A stretch of 64,000 bases of DNA from Chiloscyllium plagiosum (lineage: Eukaryota). Numbering within the stretch: position 1 is the stretch's first letter; every line of letters begins with the position of its first letter. The stretch is from the NCBI RefSeq assembly GCF_004010195.1, contig NC_057754.1:10641239-10705238 (forward strand). The letters run 5' to 3'. Positions 38,181 through 51,169 of this stretch are shown here, in pieces. The position numbers and the translations under genes are program-made. The notes beneath the pieces were generated by a model that did no database searches, was not told the DNA's origin, and saw only the letters and a program-made list of their open reading frames with translations.

Positions 38181-38945
38181 ACAGGACTTCTGCACCTGCC
38201 ACACTTAGAGACAGTGAGGTTCAGTGTAATTGTCACTGTGTGATGACATCACACACAAGACCATGGATCATCTGTGTCTGTGAAAACTAGAAATCACCAC
38301 ACATTGTGAAGGGTGGGAGAGAGCCCGAGACGGTGCACAGCTGCTATATTGACAACATTGGATCAATGAGAGGGTGTGATGTTGGGGGTTATAAAGTATG
38401 AGGGCATTTGGAAAATTAGTCAGAGCTAACTGCCCATCGAGCCGGTGAGCAATGGCCATGGGAAGAAATAAACATCTTGCTCTCGCAGAAATCTCAGAAG
38501 GCACTATCTATCAAAAGGTACATTTTCCTGTAAAAGCAATAAAAAAATAAGAAGACGACCCAGAGAGAAGACAGCAGAATTGAAAAGATGGAAGGAAGTA
38601 ACAGATTCGAAAGACCAGAAGGAAGACAGCATAAGAGACTGTGTGGTCTTGAGATTAAGTTAATATAAAGCTTGATAATTTTGTTACTGAAACAGCATTT
38701 TTATAGATTTGGGGTCAGACACTAATTACTTCAGAAAAAGAGGGCTTAGCTTATTAGTTTCTGTTTAGTGATGTCTGTTAGAGTTAGGAAAGTAAATTGT
38801 TTTTTTTTCTTTAAACAGTGGATATCAAGGGTTTTCATTCACTCACTCAGACTTTAACAGATTACAAAGCAAGATGAATTTTTCTGGGTGTTTTGGTTTT
38901 ACTTAGCAGAAGGGTTCAACATCTTGGGTGCTCAACCTCTGGGAT

Positions 38946-39285
38946 TTAGACAGCGTTGTATAGATCGGGTCTAGGATTTGGACAGGATTGGATAGATCGG
39001 GTCTGGAATTTGGACAGGATTGGATAGATTGGGTCTGGAATTTGGACAGGGTTGGATAGATCGGGTATGGGATTTGGACAGGCTTGGATAAATTGGGTCT
39101 GGGATTTGGACAGGGTTGGATAGATCAGGTCTGGGATTTGATTAGGGTTGGATAGATCGGGTCTGGGATATGGACAGTGTTGGATAGATTGGGTCTTGAA
39201 TTTGGAGAGGATTGGATAGATCGGGTCTGGGATATGGACAGGGTTGGATAGATTGGGTCTGGGATTTGGACAGGGTTGGATTGAC
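38946..39285 (+). repeat. 32-bp tandem repeat, about 10 copies, in the LTR element leader
   Basis: Unit gggtctgggatttggacagggttggatagatc. Confidence 0.95.
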
Positions 39286-41931
39286 CTGGACAGATCAAGA
39301 CCAGGATCTGTACAGATTTGGACAGATTTGAACAGACTTGCCAGCAGAATTTTAAACACACATGGGGATTAATGTGCTAGATCTTCCAATCAAACTTAGG
39401 TGAGAAAAAATATGTTTTAAGTTCAACAATTATAGTTGGTTAGATTAAAAGTGAGAGAACTGGCACTTTCAGTAAGTAAATGTTTTCTGGGCGTGGAAGA
39501 AGTGACATTGGGAGTTTTACAAAAAGTGAGCAAAGAAAAGCTATTGCAATTGGCAGACAAGCTGGAGCTGGGGTTGCCTGTGTCTCTGAAAAATGGTGAG
39601 GTTATTGCTGAAACAGCGCAACATTTAAATGTGCTGGAAAGGCCATTAGAATCTTTGGAAAAGCCTAAAATTCAATTGCAAATGAAGCAGCTTGAATTTG
39701 AGGAAAACGTAAGGGAGAGAAAATTCTTAGCGGAGCAGAGAGAAAGAGAGAGAGCGAGAGAATGAGAGAGAGAACAAAGAGAGAGAGAGAGTTTGAACTT
39801 CAGAAGTTGCAAATTAGTCAGGGAAGTCAAATGGAGATGGAAATGGAGATGAAAGGAGAATGTAAAGGTGTAAACACACATGTTAAAACATTGCCACATT
39901 TTTGATGAGAAAGATGTCAAAGCCTTTCTTATTTCATTTGAAAAAATGGTTAGGCGGATGGAATATCCAGAAAACTTGTGGGTAATGCTAGCTTGGACTA
40001 AGGGTGGTAGGCAGGGCTAGAGAACAGCGCTGTCATGGATGAGGGGTCAAGAGATTATAAAAATGTCAAACAGGCTATTTTGAGTGACTCTGAATTGGTA
40101 GCAGAAGCATATAGACAGTGGTTCAGAAACATAAAGAAGGAACCAGTTATCTCTATTATTGAGAGATGAAAGTATTTACACTCTTCCTGACATTTTACCT
40201 AAAAGAGTAATATTTTGTGCAATAAATGGATAGAAATTTAGCGTTCCCCTGTGTAAGATCAGGTTGGAGAGCCAAATCAAGACCGGGGAAGTGACAGTGG
40301 GAGTGATTAATAGAATGTCAGTTCCAGGAATACAGTTTGCCCTTGAAAATGACCTAGCAGGTGGGGTGATGCCTACTATCATAAATTATGGCAAGAAGGA
40401 AAAACTAAAGAGAAAGACAAAGGAGTTGAGGTTCAGTTAGCAGACACCCTGTTTGATAAAATAGTACAGGGAAAATCTGAACAAGTAAAGGGTCAGGCAG
40501 CGGTATTTAGTCCTGAAAGGCTAATGGACTTACCACAGAAAGATGAGGCGATAAAAGATCTCTATCATGATGCATACTCAGAAAAGGAATCAGAATGCAT
40601 TCCCGAGGGTTATTATCTTAGAGATAGAATTCTAAGATGAAAATGGAGACCATGGCAGGTTAGTGCAGAGGAAAAATGGGTGAAGTCCAACAGACTGTGT
40701 CACCTGTAGCATACAGACAGGAAGTATTGCAGGTAGCAGATGAATTACCAGTAGGAGATCATCTAGGTGTGGGCAAGATCTCAGGCTAAGGTACAAAAGC
40801 ACTTCTGTTGGCCTGGACTGCATAAGGATGTGGTTGAATTTGCTGTGCATGTCATACATGCCAAATGGTAGAGATGCCACAGGCAGTAATAAAACTAGCA
40901 CCTTTCTTACCAATTCCCGTATTTGAAGAAGTTTTCATACGGGTTATGATTGACAGTGTAGGTCCCCTCCCTGAAACTATAAGTGAGAACCAATATTTGC
41001 TAACAGTAGTAGTTGTGTCTACCAGATTTCCGGAGGCAATTCCATTCCGGATTGTTAAGGCAAAAGAGGTGGTGGAGGAGTTGGTAGCTTTCTTTATCCA
41101 GTACCGGTTACCTAGGGAGATTCAGTCAGATCAAGATTCTAATTTTACTGCTAAACTATTTAAGAAAGTCATGGATAATTTAGGAATACAATGCTTTAAA
41201 TCAAGTGTGTATCATCCTGAATCCCAGGGAATTTGGAAAGTTGGCATCCGACCCTAAAGGTATCTTATTCATATTTTTTGTCATTACAGATGCCATAAAT
41301 GAATCTTCTCAGTTTATTCATTTTGAGTTAACAGTTGGACACCAAGTGAGAAGGCCTTTGAAATTAATTAAAGAAAAATTGATAGGACCAAAGTCAGAGA
41401 CCTCACACTTGGATTATTTATCAGAGGTGAGGGAGAGTTTAAACCAGGCAGGGGAATTAGCTAAACAGCACCTGAAGAGGCCACAGCATAGAATGAAGCA
41501 TGTGGCAGATAAAAATTCGAAAATGTGGACATTTTCCCGCTGGGATAACGTATTTGTGTCATTTCCAGTAGTAGGAGCTCCCTTCAAAGCCAGGTTTAGT
41601 GGTCCCTATCAAATTGAGAAAAGTGGAGTCAGGTAAACCATCTGGTAAAGATACACAGAGGAAAAGACTGTTTCAGGTATGTCACGTGGATATGTTGAAC
41701 CCTTACTATGATAGACACAGGGAAGTGGAGAACCAGGTGTCAGTTACTGCCCAGCAGAGTGAGGAATCAAATCCAGATAACGTGGATGTGCCTCAAAATA
41801 AGTTAAATAATGAGGGAGTCTTTGAAGAATGGGATAGGATAGTCAGATATCTGTCTCAGGAGCAAAGAACCGGGTTGAAAAGTTTGTTGCAGCAATATGA
41901 GGACATATGTAGGAATAGAATGGGGAAGACT

Positions 41932-42871
41932 CAACACTGGAGCTCTCCAGGGGTACGTACTAAGCTCCCTACTGCACTCACTGACTACTCATGATTGCAT
42001 CGCCAAATACCAGACTAATGCCATTTACAAGTTCGATGATGCCACCACCATAGTCGGTCGATTCTCAGATGGCGACAAAACAGACTACAGATGGGAGGTG
42101 GAAGACCTGGAAAAATGATGCATTGAGAACAACCTAGCTCTCAATGCTGGCAAAACCAAGGAACTAATTGTTGACTTTCAGCGGGATGTTACTCATGCCC
42201 CCCTACACATTAACAGCACAGAGGTGGAACGAGTGGAGAGCGTTAAGCTTCTCGGAGTGGTCATCCACAACAAGCTTTCCTGGATTCTTCATGTGGATAC
42301 ACTGTTTACAAAGGCCTAACAACATCTCTTCTTCCTCAGGCAGCTGAGGAAATTGGGCATGATGGCGAATACCCTCGCCAATTTTTATAGGTGCACCATC
42401 GAGAGCATTCTGTATGGATGTATCACTGCCTGGTATGGCAACTGTACCATCCAAGATCAGAGATGGTTACAGAGAGTGGTGAACTCGGCCCGGACAATTA
42501 CAAAGGCCAAACTCCCATCTATAGAATCCATCTACCAGGCCCGCTGTCAAAGAAAGGCCGCCAGCATTCTCAAAGATCCATCCCACCCTGGCATTGTTTC
42601 TCTACAACCTCTACCATCAGGGAGAAGGTACAGAAGCCTGGACACACACACCAGCCAGTTTTGAAACAGTTTCTACCCGACTGTTGTTAGAATACTGAAT
42701 GGACTCATAAACTCTTAACATTCGCCTGTACCTGTGTTTTTGTTTTTTGCTGCTGTTTAACTATTAATTACTTATCTATGCTATTTAACCCTGTGATCTG
42801 CCTGTATTGCTCACAAGACAAAGCTTTTCACTGTGCCCTGGTACACGTGACAATAAATTCAATTCAATTCA
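41932..42871 (+). mobile_element. Rex1/Babar-like LINE 3' fragment
   Basis: YKFDDATTIVG; LANFYRCTIESILYGCITAWYGNC; LPSGRRYRS; (aattc)n tail; TSD aagact at 41926-41931 and 42872-42877. Confidence 0.85.
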
Positions 42872-43358
42872 AAGACTGATGCTATTGTGCATAATGTGGA
42901 AGTAGGGAACGCTGTTCCATTAAAACAACACCCCCACAGGCTTAATCCTCTCAAAGCCGCACAAGTTCAGAATGAAGTGGACGTGATGTTCAATGAAGAT
43001 ATCACCGAACCAAGTCAGACCGAGTGGAGTTCACCAATCATGTTAGTTCCTAAACTTGACAGAACTCAACAATTTGCTGTGAAACATCGGAGGGTCAACA
43101 CCGTTACTAAAGTCGACTTATATTCAATATCCAATATCCAGTTGCTGGAGGACTGTTTTGAGAAAGTTAACCCAGCCCTTACATCACAAGCTTGGACTTA
43201 CTGCGTGGTTATTCGTGGGTACCTTTATTGGAGAAAGCAAAAGAAGTTTCTGTGTTTGTAACCTCAAATGGGCTTACCAATTCACAGTGATGCCACATTC
43301 CAAAGGCTCGTGAACAGATTTGTGGCAGGATTCAGTACTTGTCAGTTTATATCGATGA

Positions 43359-44634
43359 ACATAGAACAGTATAGCACAGTTCAGGCTCTTTGGTCCATGA
43401 TGGCGTGCCAAGCATTTATCTTAATGTAAGATCAACCTGGTCTACACGCCCCTCAATATACTGCCATCCACATGCTTGTCCGGCAGTTGTTTAGATGTCC
43501 CTAAATCTCTGACTCTACTACCACCATTGGCAGTGCATTCCATTCACCCACCGCTTTCTGCATAAAGAACCTACCTCTGACATCTCCCCATACCTTCCTC
43601 CAATCACCTTAAAGTTATGACCCCTCGTGACAGCCATTTCTGCACTGGGGAAAAGCCTCTGGCTCTCTATGCTATCTATGCCTCTGATTACCTTGTACAC
43701 CTCTATCAAGTCACCTCTCTTACTTCTTCTTTCCAGTGTGAAAAGTCCAATCTCGACCTTTCTTCATAAGCCAAAACCTCCAATCCAGGCAGCATCCTGG
43801 TAAATCTCCTCTCTCAAGCACCCTCTGAAAGCATCTGCATCCTTACAATAATGAGGCGACCAGAACTGGCACAATATTTCAAGTGTGGTCTACCCAGGGT
43901 TTTATAGAGCTGCAGCAAAACCTCGTGGCTCTTAAACTCAATTGCCCTTTTAATGAAAGCCAAAATACCATATGCCTTCTTAACACCCCTATCAATTTGG
44001 GTGGCAACTTTGAGGGCTCAATATACATAGAACATAGAACATATAGAACAATACAGCACAGAACAGGCCCTTCGGCCCACGATGTTTTGCCGAACATTTG
44101 TCCTAGCTTAAGCACCTATCCATGTACCTATCCAATTGCCGCTTAAAGGTCACCAATGATTCTGACTCTGCCACTTCCACAGGCAGCGCATTCCATGCCC
44201 CCACCACTCTCTGGGTAAAGAACCTACCCCGACACCCCCCATACCTTCCACCCTTCACCTTAAATTTATGTCCCCTTGTAACACTCTGTTGTACCGAGGA
44301 AAAAAGTCTCTGACTGTCTACTCTATCTATTCCCCTGACCATCTTATAAACCTCTATCAAGTCACCCCTCATCCTTCGCCGTTCCAATGAGAAAAGGCCG
44401 AGCACTCTCAACCTATCCTCGTACAACCTATTCTCCATTCCAGGCAACATCCTGGTAAATCTCCTCTGCACCCTCTCCAAAGCTTCCACATCTTTCCGAA
44501 AATGAGGCGACCAGAACTGCACACAGTACTCCAAATGTGGCCCCAAGATCCCGCTGTTCCTCCACACTGCCGAGAATCCTGTATTCAGCATTCAAATTTG
44601 ACCTTCCAAGGTGAATCCCTTCACATTTATCCAG
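43359..44634 (-). mobile_element. CR1 3' fragment with a second CR1 (about 44023-44540) nested inside
   Basis: Two aacatagaac tails; ORF 44103-44591; flanking at(c/t)gatga duplication. Confidence 0.85.
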
Positions 44635-45473
44635 ATTGATGATCATTAGCCATTCATGGAAAATCACATGGTACAGTTGGCAGAGCTTTTTGAACGATTA
44701 CAAAAAGAAAAATAAATTTAAAGAAAACCGAACTCATGAAAGCAGTGGTAATGTTCTTGGGACATTACATCGGACATAGAAGGATGAGTGGAAGGAATAT
44801 AAAACTGAAGGCCATTGAGGAATTTCCATGATCATCCTCCAAGACAGAGATGCTTAACCTTTTGGGACTGAGCAGATTCTGCTGGGAGGTTGGTACTCCG
44901 TGGTGGCACTGCTGATGAATTTACTAACGAAGGACACAAAATTTCCATGGAAAGAACAATGCGCGAAGGCATTTGAGAATTTAAAATCTGCATTAACCAC
45001 TGCAGCAGCTTTTGCTACACCAAATTTGTTGAAACCCTTTAAAGTTGCAATCGATGCGAGTGATATGGAAGTTGGAGCTGTACTGCTACAGAAAGATGAT
45101 GATGGAATTGAAGGGCTACTTTTCAAAGTAACTCAATATACATCAGAGAAAATGCCCCACCGTTGAAAAAGTGTTACTGAGTTTGGTACTGGCCTTCGAA
45201 CATTTAAATGTTTATGTGACAAACAATGTTTTGGAGATGGTTGTGTGCACAGACTACAACCCTCTTACATTTTTGGAAAGGTTTAAAGACAACAATCTGA
45301 GACTATTTCATTGGAGTCTTATGTTATTGACTTTTAATTTATAAATTGTACATGTTGCGGGTGTGAAAATACTATTGCAGATCCGTTATCATGGAGTTAA
45401 AGGAAAAATTGTAGATAAGATTGGGCAGTATTGATTCCAATGTTATATATGAGTGCAGAATTCATATAGGAAG

Positions 45474-48400
45474 TATAACATAGAACGATACAGTACAGTA
45501 CAGTACTTCAGCCCTCGATGTTGTGCTGACCTTTTATCCTATTCTAAGATTAAATTAACCTACATATCTTTCATTTTACTATCATCCATGTGCCCATCCA
45601 AGAATGTCTTATATGTCCCTAATGTAACTGATTCTACCATCACCGCTGGCAATGCATTCCATGCACCCATCATTCTCTGTGTAAAGAGCGACCTCTGACC
45701 GTTCTCTCTAAACCATCCTCCAATCACCTTAAAATTATGCCCCCTCATTTCTGCCTTGGGAAAAAGGCTCTGGCTATCCACTCTATTTAAGCCTTCCCAT
45801 AATCTTGTACATCTCTATACAGTCACCTCTCATCCTTTCTCACTCCAATGAGAAAAGTCCTAGGTCCATCAACCTTTCTTCATAAGACATGCCTTCCAGT
45901 CCAGACAGCATCCTGATAATTCTCCTCTGCACCCTCTTCCACATTCTTCTAGTAATGAGGCGACCAGAAATGAACACAATATTCCAAGTGTGATCTAACC
46001 AGGGCTCTCTAGAGCTGCAACATATCCTCATGGCTCTTAAATTCAATCCCTCTGCGAACAAAACCCAACATATGGAATGCCTTTTTAACAGCTCTACCAA
46101 CTTGGGTGGCAACTTTTAGGGATCCCTCTGTTCCTCTAGACTGCCAAGAAACCTGCCTTTAATCCTATATTCTGCATTCAAATTTGATTTTCCAAAATTT
46201 TCCATAACTTTTCCAAGTTGAATTACATCTGCCACTTCTCAGCTCAGCTCTGCATCCGGTCAATGTCCTGCTGCAACCTATAACAGCCCTCCACAGCATC
46301 CACCACTTCACTATCCTTCGTGTCATATGTAAACTTATTAATCTATCCTTCCACTTCTTCATCCAAATCATTTATAAAAATCGCAAAAAGCATAGGTCCC
46401 AGAACAGATCCCTGCACAACACCACTGGACACCAAGCTTCAGGCTGAATACTTTGCATCTACCACCCCTTCTGACTTCTATGGGCTAGCCAATTCTGCCT
46501 CCAGACAGCCAAATGTCCCTGTATCCCATGCCTCCTTGCTTTCAGAATGAGCCTACCATGGGGAACCTTATCAAATGCCTTGCTAAACCCCATGTACACA
46601 ATATCCACCTTCATCAATGCATTTTGTCACATCCTCAAAAAATTCAATAAGGTTTGTGAGACATGACCTACCCCTCGCAAAGCCATGCTGACTATCTCTA
46701 ATCAAATTATTGCTTTCCAAGTAATCTTCAATCCTGTCTCTCAGAATCCTTTCCAATAATTTACCCACCACAGATATAAGACTGACTGGTCTGTAATTCC
46801 CAGGATTATCCCTATTGCATTTCTTGAACAACTGAATACCATTTGTCACTCTTCAATAATCTGGCACTGCTCCAGTGGACAGAGAGGATGCAAAGATCAC
46901 ACCAAAGGTGAAGCAATCTCTTCCCTCGCTTCCTGTAGTAACTTCAGATATATCCTAAATGGCCCAGGAGACTTATCTGTCCCCATGTTTTTCAAAATGT
47001 TCAGCACATCCTCTTCCTTAACATCAACCTGTTCTAGTATATCAGTCTGTTTCACACTGTCCTCAGAAACGTCAAGGACTCTCTCAGTAGTGAATACTGA
47101 AGCAAAATGATCCTTAAGGACTTCCCCTACCACTTCCAACTCCAGACACAAGTTCCCTCCACTATCTCTGGTGGATCCTACCCTCAATCTGGCCATCCTC
47201 TTGTTCCTTACATAGGTGTAGAATGCCTTAAGGTTTTCATTAATCATACCCACTAAAGCTTTCTCATGCCCGGTTCTAGCTGTCCTAAGCCCATTCTTCA
47301 GTTCCTTTCTGGCTACCTTGTCACCCTCTAGAGCTCTGTCTGATCGCTGCCTCTTCAAACTTAAGTCAGGTTCCACCTTCGTCTTGACTTGATGCTCCAC
47401 ATTCCTTGTCACCCAAGGTTCCTTCACCCTATCATTCCTTCCTTGTCTCAGTGGGACAAACCTATCCAGCAACATCCTCCAGATTCCTGTCATGCATTTC
47501 TCCAAAAATATCTGCCCCCAATTTATGCTCCACAGTTCCTGCCGAATAGCATTGTAATTCCCCTTCCCCTGTTTAAGCACTTTCCTATACATCTGCTCCT
47601 ATCCCTCTCCATGACAATAGCAAAAGTGAGGCAGTTGTGGTCACTATCATTGAAATGCTCTCCCACCGAGAGATCTGACATCTGGCTGGTTTGTTGCCAA
47701 ACACCAAATCCAATATGGGCTCCCCTCTTGTTGGCCTATCTACATATTGAGTCAGCAATCCTTCCCGGACACACCTGACAAAATCTGCTCCATTCAAACT
47801 ATGTGAACTAACAAGGTTCCAATCAATATTAGGGAACTTAAAGTCACCCTTCACAACAACCCTGTTACTTCTGTACCTTTCCAAAATCTATCTCCAAATC
47901 TGCTCCTCTGTGTCTGTGTTGCTATTTTGTGTGTGTGTGTTTGGTGGGGAGTGGGGGCGGCTGTACAAAACTCCCAATAAGGTGACTGTTCCTTTCCTGT
48001 TTCTGACTTCCACCCATAGTGACCCTGCAGACAAACACTCCTTGATGACTTCCCTTTCTGCAGCTGCTATATTATCCCTGGTTCCCAATGCCACACTCCC
48101 ACCTCTTTTAAATCCACTCCATTCCTTTTGAAACATCTAAGTCCTGGAACATCCAACAACTCATGACATTGACTGCAACTTTGCCCTATCAACTGTCTAG
48201 CCCTCCCCACAGACTCTCTGCACACTGTATCTCGCTGTTCACTAGCTATTCCATCCTTAGATCCATAACTCTGGTTTCAACCCCCACCCAAACTAGTTTA
48301 AATTCTCCAAAAGAGCTTTAGCAAACCTCCTGCCCAGGATATTGGTGCCCTTCCAGTACAGGTGCAACTCGTCCTTCTTGTACAGGTCCTACCTTCCCCA

Positions 48401-49485
48401 GAAGATATCCCAATGATGCATATATCTGAAGCCCTCCCTCCTCCACCAGCCCTATAGTCACCTGCACTTGCTCTCTATTCCTAGCCTCACTAGCAAGTGG
48501 CATCAGTAGCAATCCCGAGATTACTATTCTGCTCGTCCTGCCTTTTATCTCCTAACCTAACTCGATATAATCTCTTGCCGCTACAGTGGCTCAGTGGTTA
48601 GCACTGCTGCCTGACAGCGCCAGTGACCCGGGTTCGACTCCAGCCTCAGGTGACTGTCTGTGTGGAGTTTGCACATTCTCCCTGGGTCTGCATGGGTTTC
48701 CTCCAACAATCCAAACACGTGCAGGTTAGGTAAATCGGCTGTGCTAAGTTGTCCACAGTATTCAGGGATGTGTAGGTTGGGTGCATTAGTCAGGGATTAA
48801 ATTTAGGGGATTGTGTCTGTGTGGGTTACTCTTTGGAGGGTTGGTGTGGACTTTGTTGGGCCAAAGTGATTCTATGATTCTTTTCTAATCCTCATCCCTG
48901 TTTCTAGCAGTTTCATTGGTACCAATATATACCACAAATTCTGCTGTCCCTCCCCCTTAAGAATCCTGTAGGCTTAATCTCAGACATCCCTGACCCTGGC
49001 ACCTGGGAGGCAACATATCATCCAGCATTCTTGGTTGCAACCACAGAATCTTCTATCGCCATTGAATCTCCTATCACTATCGTTCTCCTATTCTTCCCTC
49101 TCCCTTTCTGAGCTACAGAGCCAGGTTCAGTGCCAGAAAACTTTCCCCTGGTAAGTCCACTCTCCCTCAACAATATCCAAAACGTATACTTATTGTTAAG
49201 GGGGATGGCCACGGGGGGTCCCTGCACTGTCTGACTATTCGCCCTCTCCTGACGGTCACCCAGCTGCCTTTATCCTGTAACTTAGGTGCGACTACCTCCC
49301 TATAACCCCTCTCTTTCACCCCCTCAGCCTCCAGAATGATCCAAAGTTCATCCAGCTCCAGTTCCCTAACGCGATCTATGAGGAGCTGGAGTTGGGTGCA
49401 TTTCTCGCAGGCGAAGTCAGCAGGGACACATCCTGCAGGAGGAGCATTAGCCTCCAGCCCCTCTGCTCTAAATTCCCAAGACATC
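45474..49485 (-). mobile_element. Near-complete decayed CR1 (ORF1 zinc finger/esterase, EN, RT)
   Basis: FACEKCTQLQLL; VIGDSM; GDFKFP; PGNYRPVSLISVVGKLLE; QHGF..GRSCLTNL. Confidence 0.9.
48577..48880 (+). mobile_element. HE1/V-SINE inside CR1
   Basis: gtggctcagtggttagcactgc...gggttcgactcc. Confidence 0.85.
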
Positions 49486-51169
49486 AGTTAATGACCTGCG
49501 TATTTCATAATAATGGTATCAAGATTTAGTGAAAAAAAATACTAAAAATGACCCTATTTTCTCATTATGATAGTTCATTTCTTTCTTAAGGGGGGAGGGT
49601 GTTACGAAGTTAAAAGAGTGTCTAGTCACTTTAAGATACAAAGTGATTTTCTGAATTTAAAGTAAAGCAGCAGCTGCCAGTATATAGAGCAGCTAAGAGA
49701 TGGCCTGCTCCAAGATAGATATATGTGACAATTGGCTGTTAAATGGATTCCTGAATTTTGGTTGCTGTTTCGACAATGATTCAAATTTAAACAATTAATT
49801 TAAATTATGCCCAGAAAACCAAAAGCCAATTTATTTGAAGTTTATTGTATTGACAACATTGGACTAATGAGAAGGTACAATGTTGGGGGGTATAAAAGAC
49901 GAGGGCATTTGAAAAATTGGTCAGAGCTAACTGCCTCATAAAACTGCCATGCGAAGAAATAAAAATCTTGCTTGTAAGGAAATCTCAGAAGGCACTAACT
50001 ATCAAAAGATACGTTTTCCTATTAAAGCAATAAAAAGTAAGCAGTTAAAAAAGTAAGGACTCTCCCCAGGGAGAAGACAACAGAATTGGAAGGACAGAAA
50101 GAAGTAACAGATTTGGAACACTGGATGGAAACAGCAGAAGAGACTGTGTGGATTTGAGATTAAGTTAATTCAATGTTTAATAATTGTGTTATTGGAACAT
50201 CATTTTTATAGAGTGAGGGTCGGACTGTAGTTAGTTAATGAAAAGAGAGCTCAGATTTGTTAACAGTTTCTGTTTAGTGTTCACTGCTGGAGTGAGGGAA
50301 GGAACTTGTTATTTTTTCTTTAAACAGTGGGTTTTCTTTCAATCACCCAGATTTTAACAGATTACGAAGTGAGGCAAGCTTTTCTGGGTGTTCTGGTTTT
50401 ACTGAGCAGAGGGATTCGACCTCCATGACCTAACAAAGCCTTGAGGTCATGTGACCTCTTCCTGTAGAACATAAGCTGAAATGGACAAAAAAAGTCCCTC
50501 CTGTTGCAACTTTTCCTTCTCAGACCTCTTTCTGTGTGACCTTTTGACAGGAAGCCCTGTAACAGATGTCACAAACATTTGACTGAAACATTCAGAAGGG
50601 CAACGATAATTAATTCAAAAGAAACAATTTTCCACAGAAATAAAGGCTGGAGATTGGCAATCAGGCAAATTGCTAAGAGAGTCAGTGCAGTCATTTGTGC
50701 CGACTGGCCTTCAGCTGCAAAGATGTTGGTGTAAAGGGTTTTGTTAAGGATGGGTGATGGTGAGGGATTGATATGTGAGAGGGACAGGCCCACAGAAAGA
50801 TAGAGAATCGTCAATAATACGAGCAACATGGGGGAGTTTTATGGTCAGTAATTTTGTGGGAACAGATTCAAGTGACGAGGAGGTGGATCTGATAGACATG
50901 GGCTCTGACAGGGCATGACAGGAGGGAAAGTGGGGAACCACGTCAGGTCTGGGATTGGAGAGCTTTAATAGATGCATGGCCTGGTGAGTACATGAACAGC
51001 CATTTAAGGTGAAGATGCAGGACAGGGAGAATCCTACAAAAGGATGTAACTTGCAACCAAAGTATTATAATGACCTGACGTCATTAAACACAACACTGAT
51101 TTATGTGACTTAATGCAAGCTTTGCTTTCAGTGCTGGATGCGATTAAGAGCAAAGTCCAATCACTGTTG

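Larger units (their letters stand above)
38343..50435 (+). mobile_element. Gypsy-family Gmr1-like LTR retrotransposon, decayed and heavily nested
   Basis: 5' LTR (partial) about 38343-38921; PBS-like 38925-38945; gag 39436; integrase DSVGPLP/IQSDQDSNF/GPY 40865-41636; RT (EWSSPIMLVPK, YIDD) 42887-44650; RNase H (PFKVAIDASD) 44900-45400; PPT 49588-49599; 3' LTR tgtta...taaca 49600-50435. Confidence 0.9.

Noticed and set aside
38237..38255. Palindrome tgtgtgatg-a-catcacaca
   Set aside because: Short, low complexity and single copy, with no supporting context.
38946..39361. CRISPR-like array or Pro-rich ORFs
   Set aside because: Contiguous 32-bp units without unique spacers, in a eukaryotic context with no cas genes.
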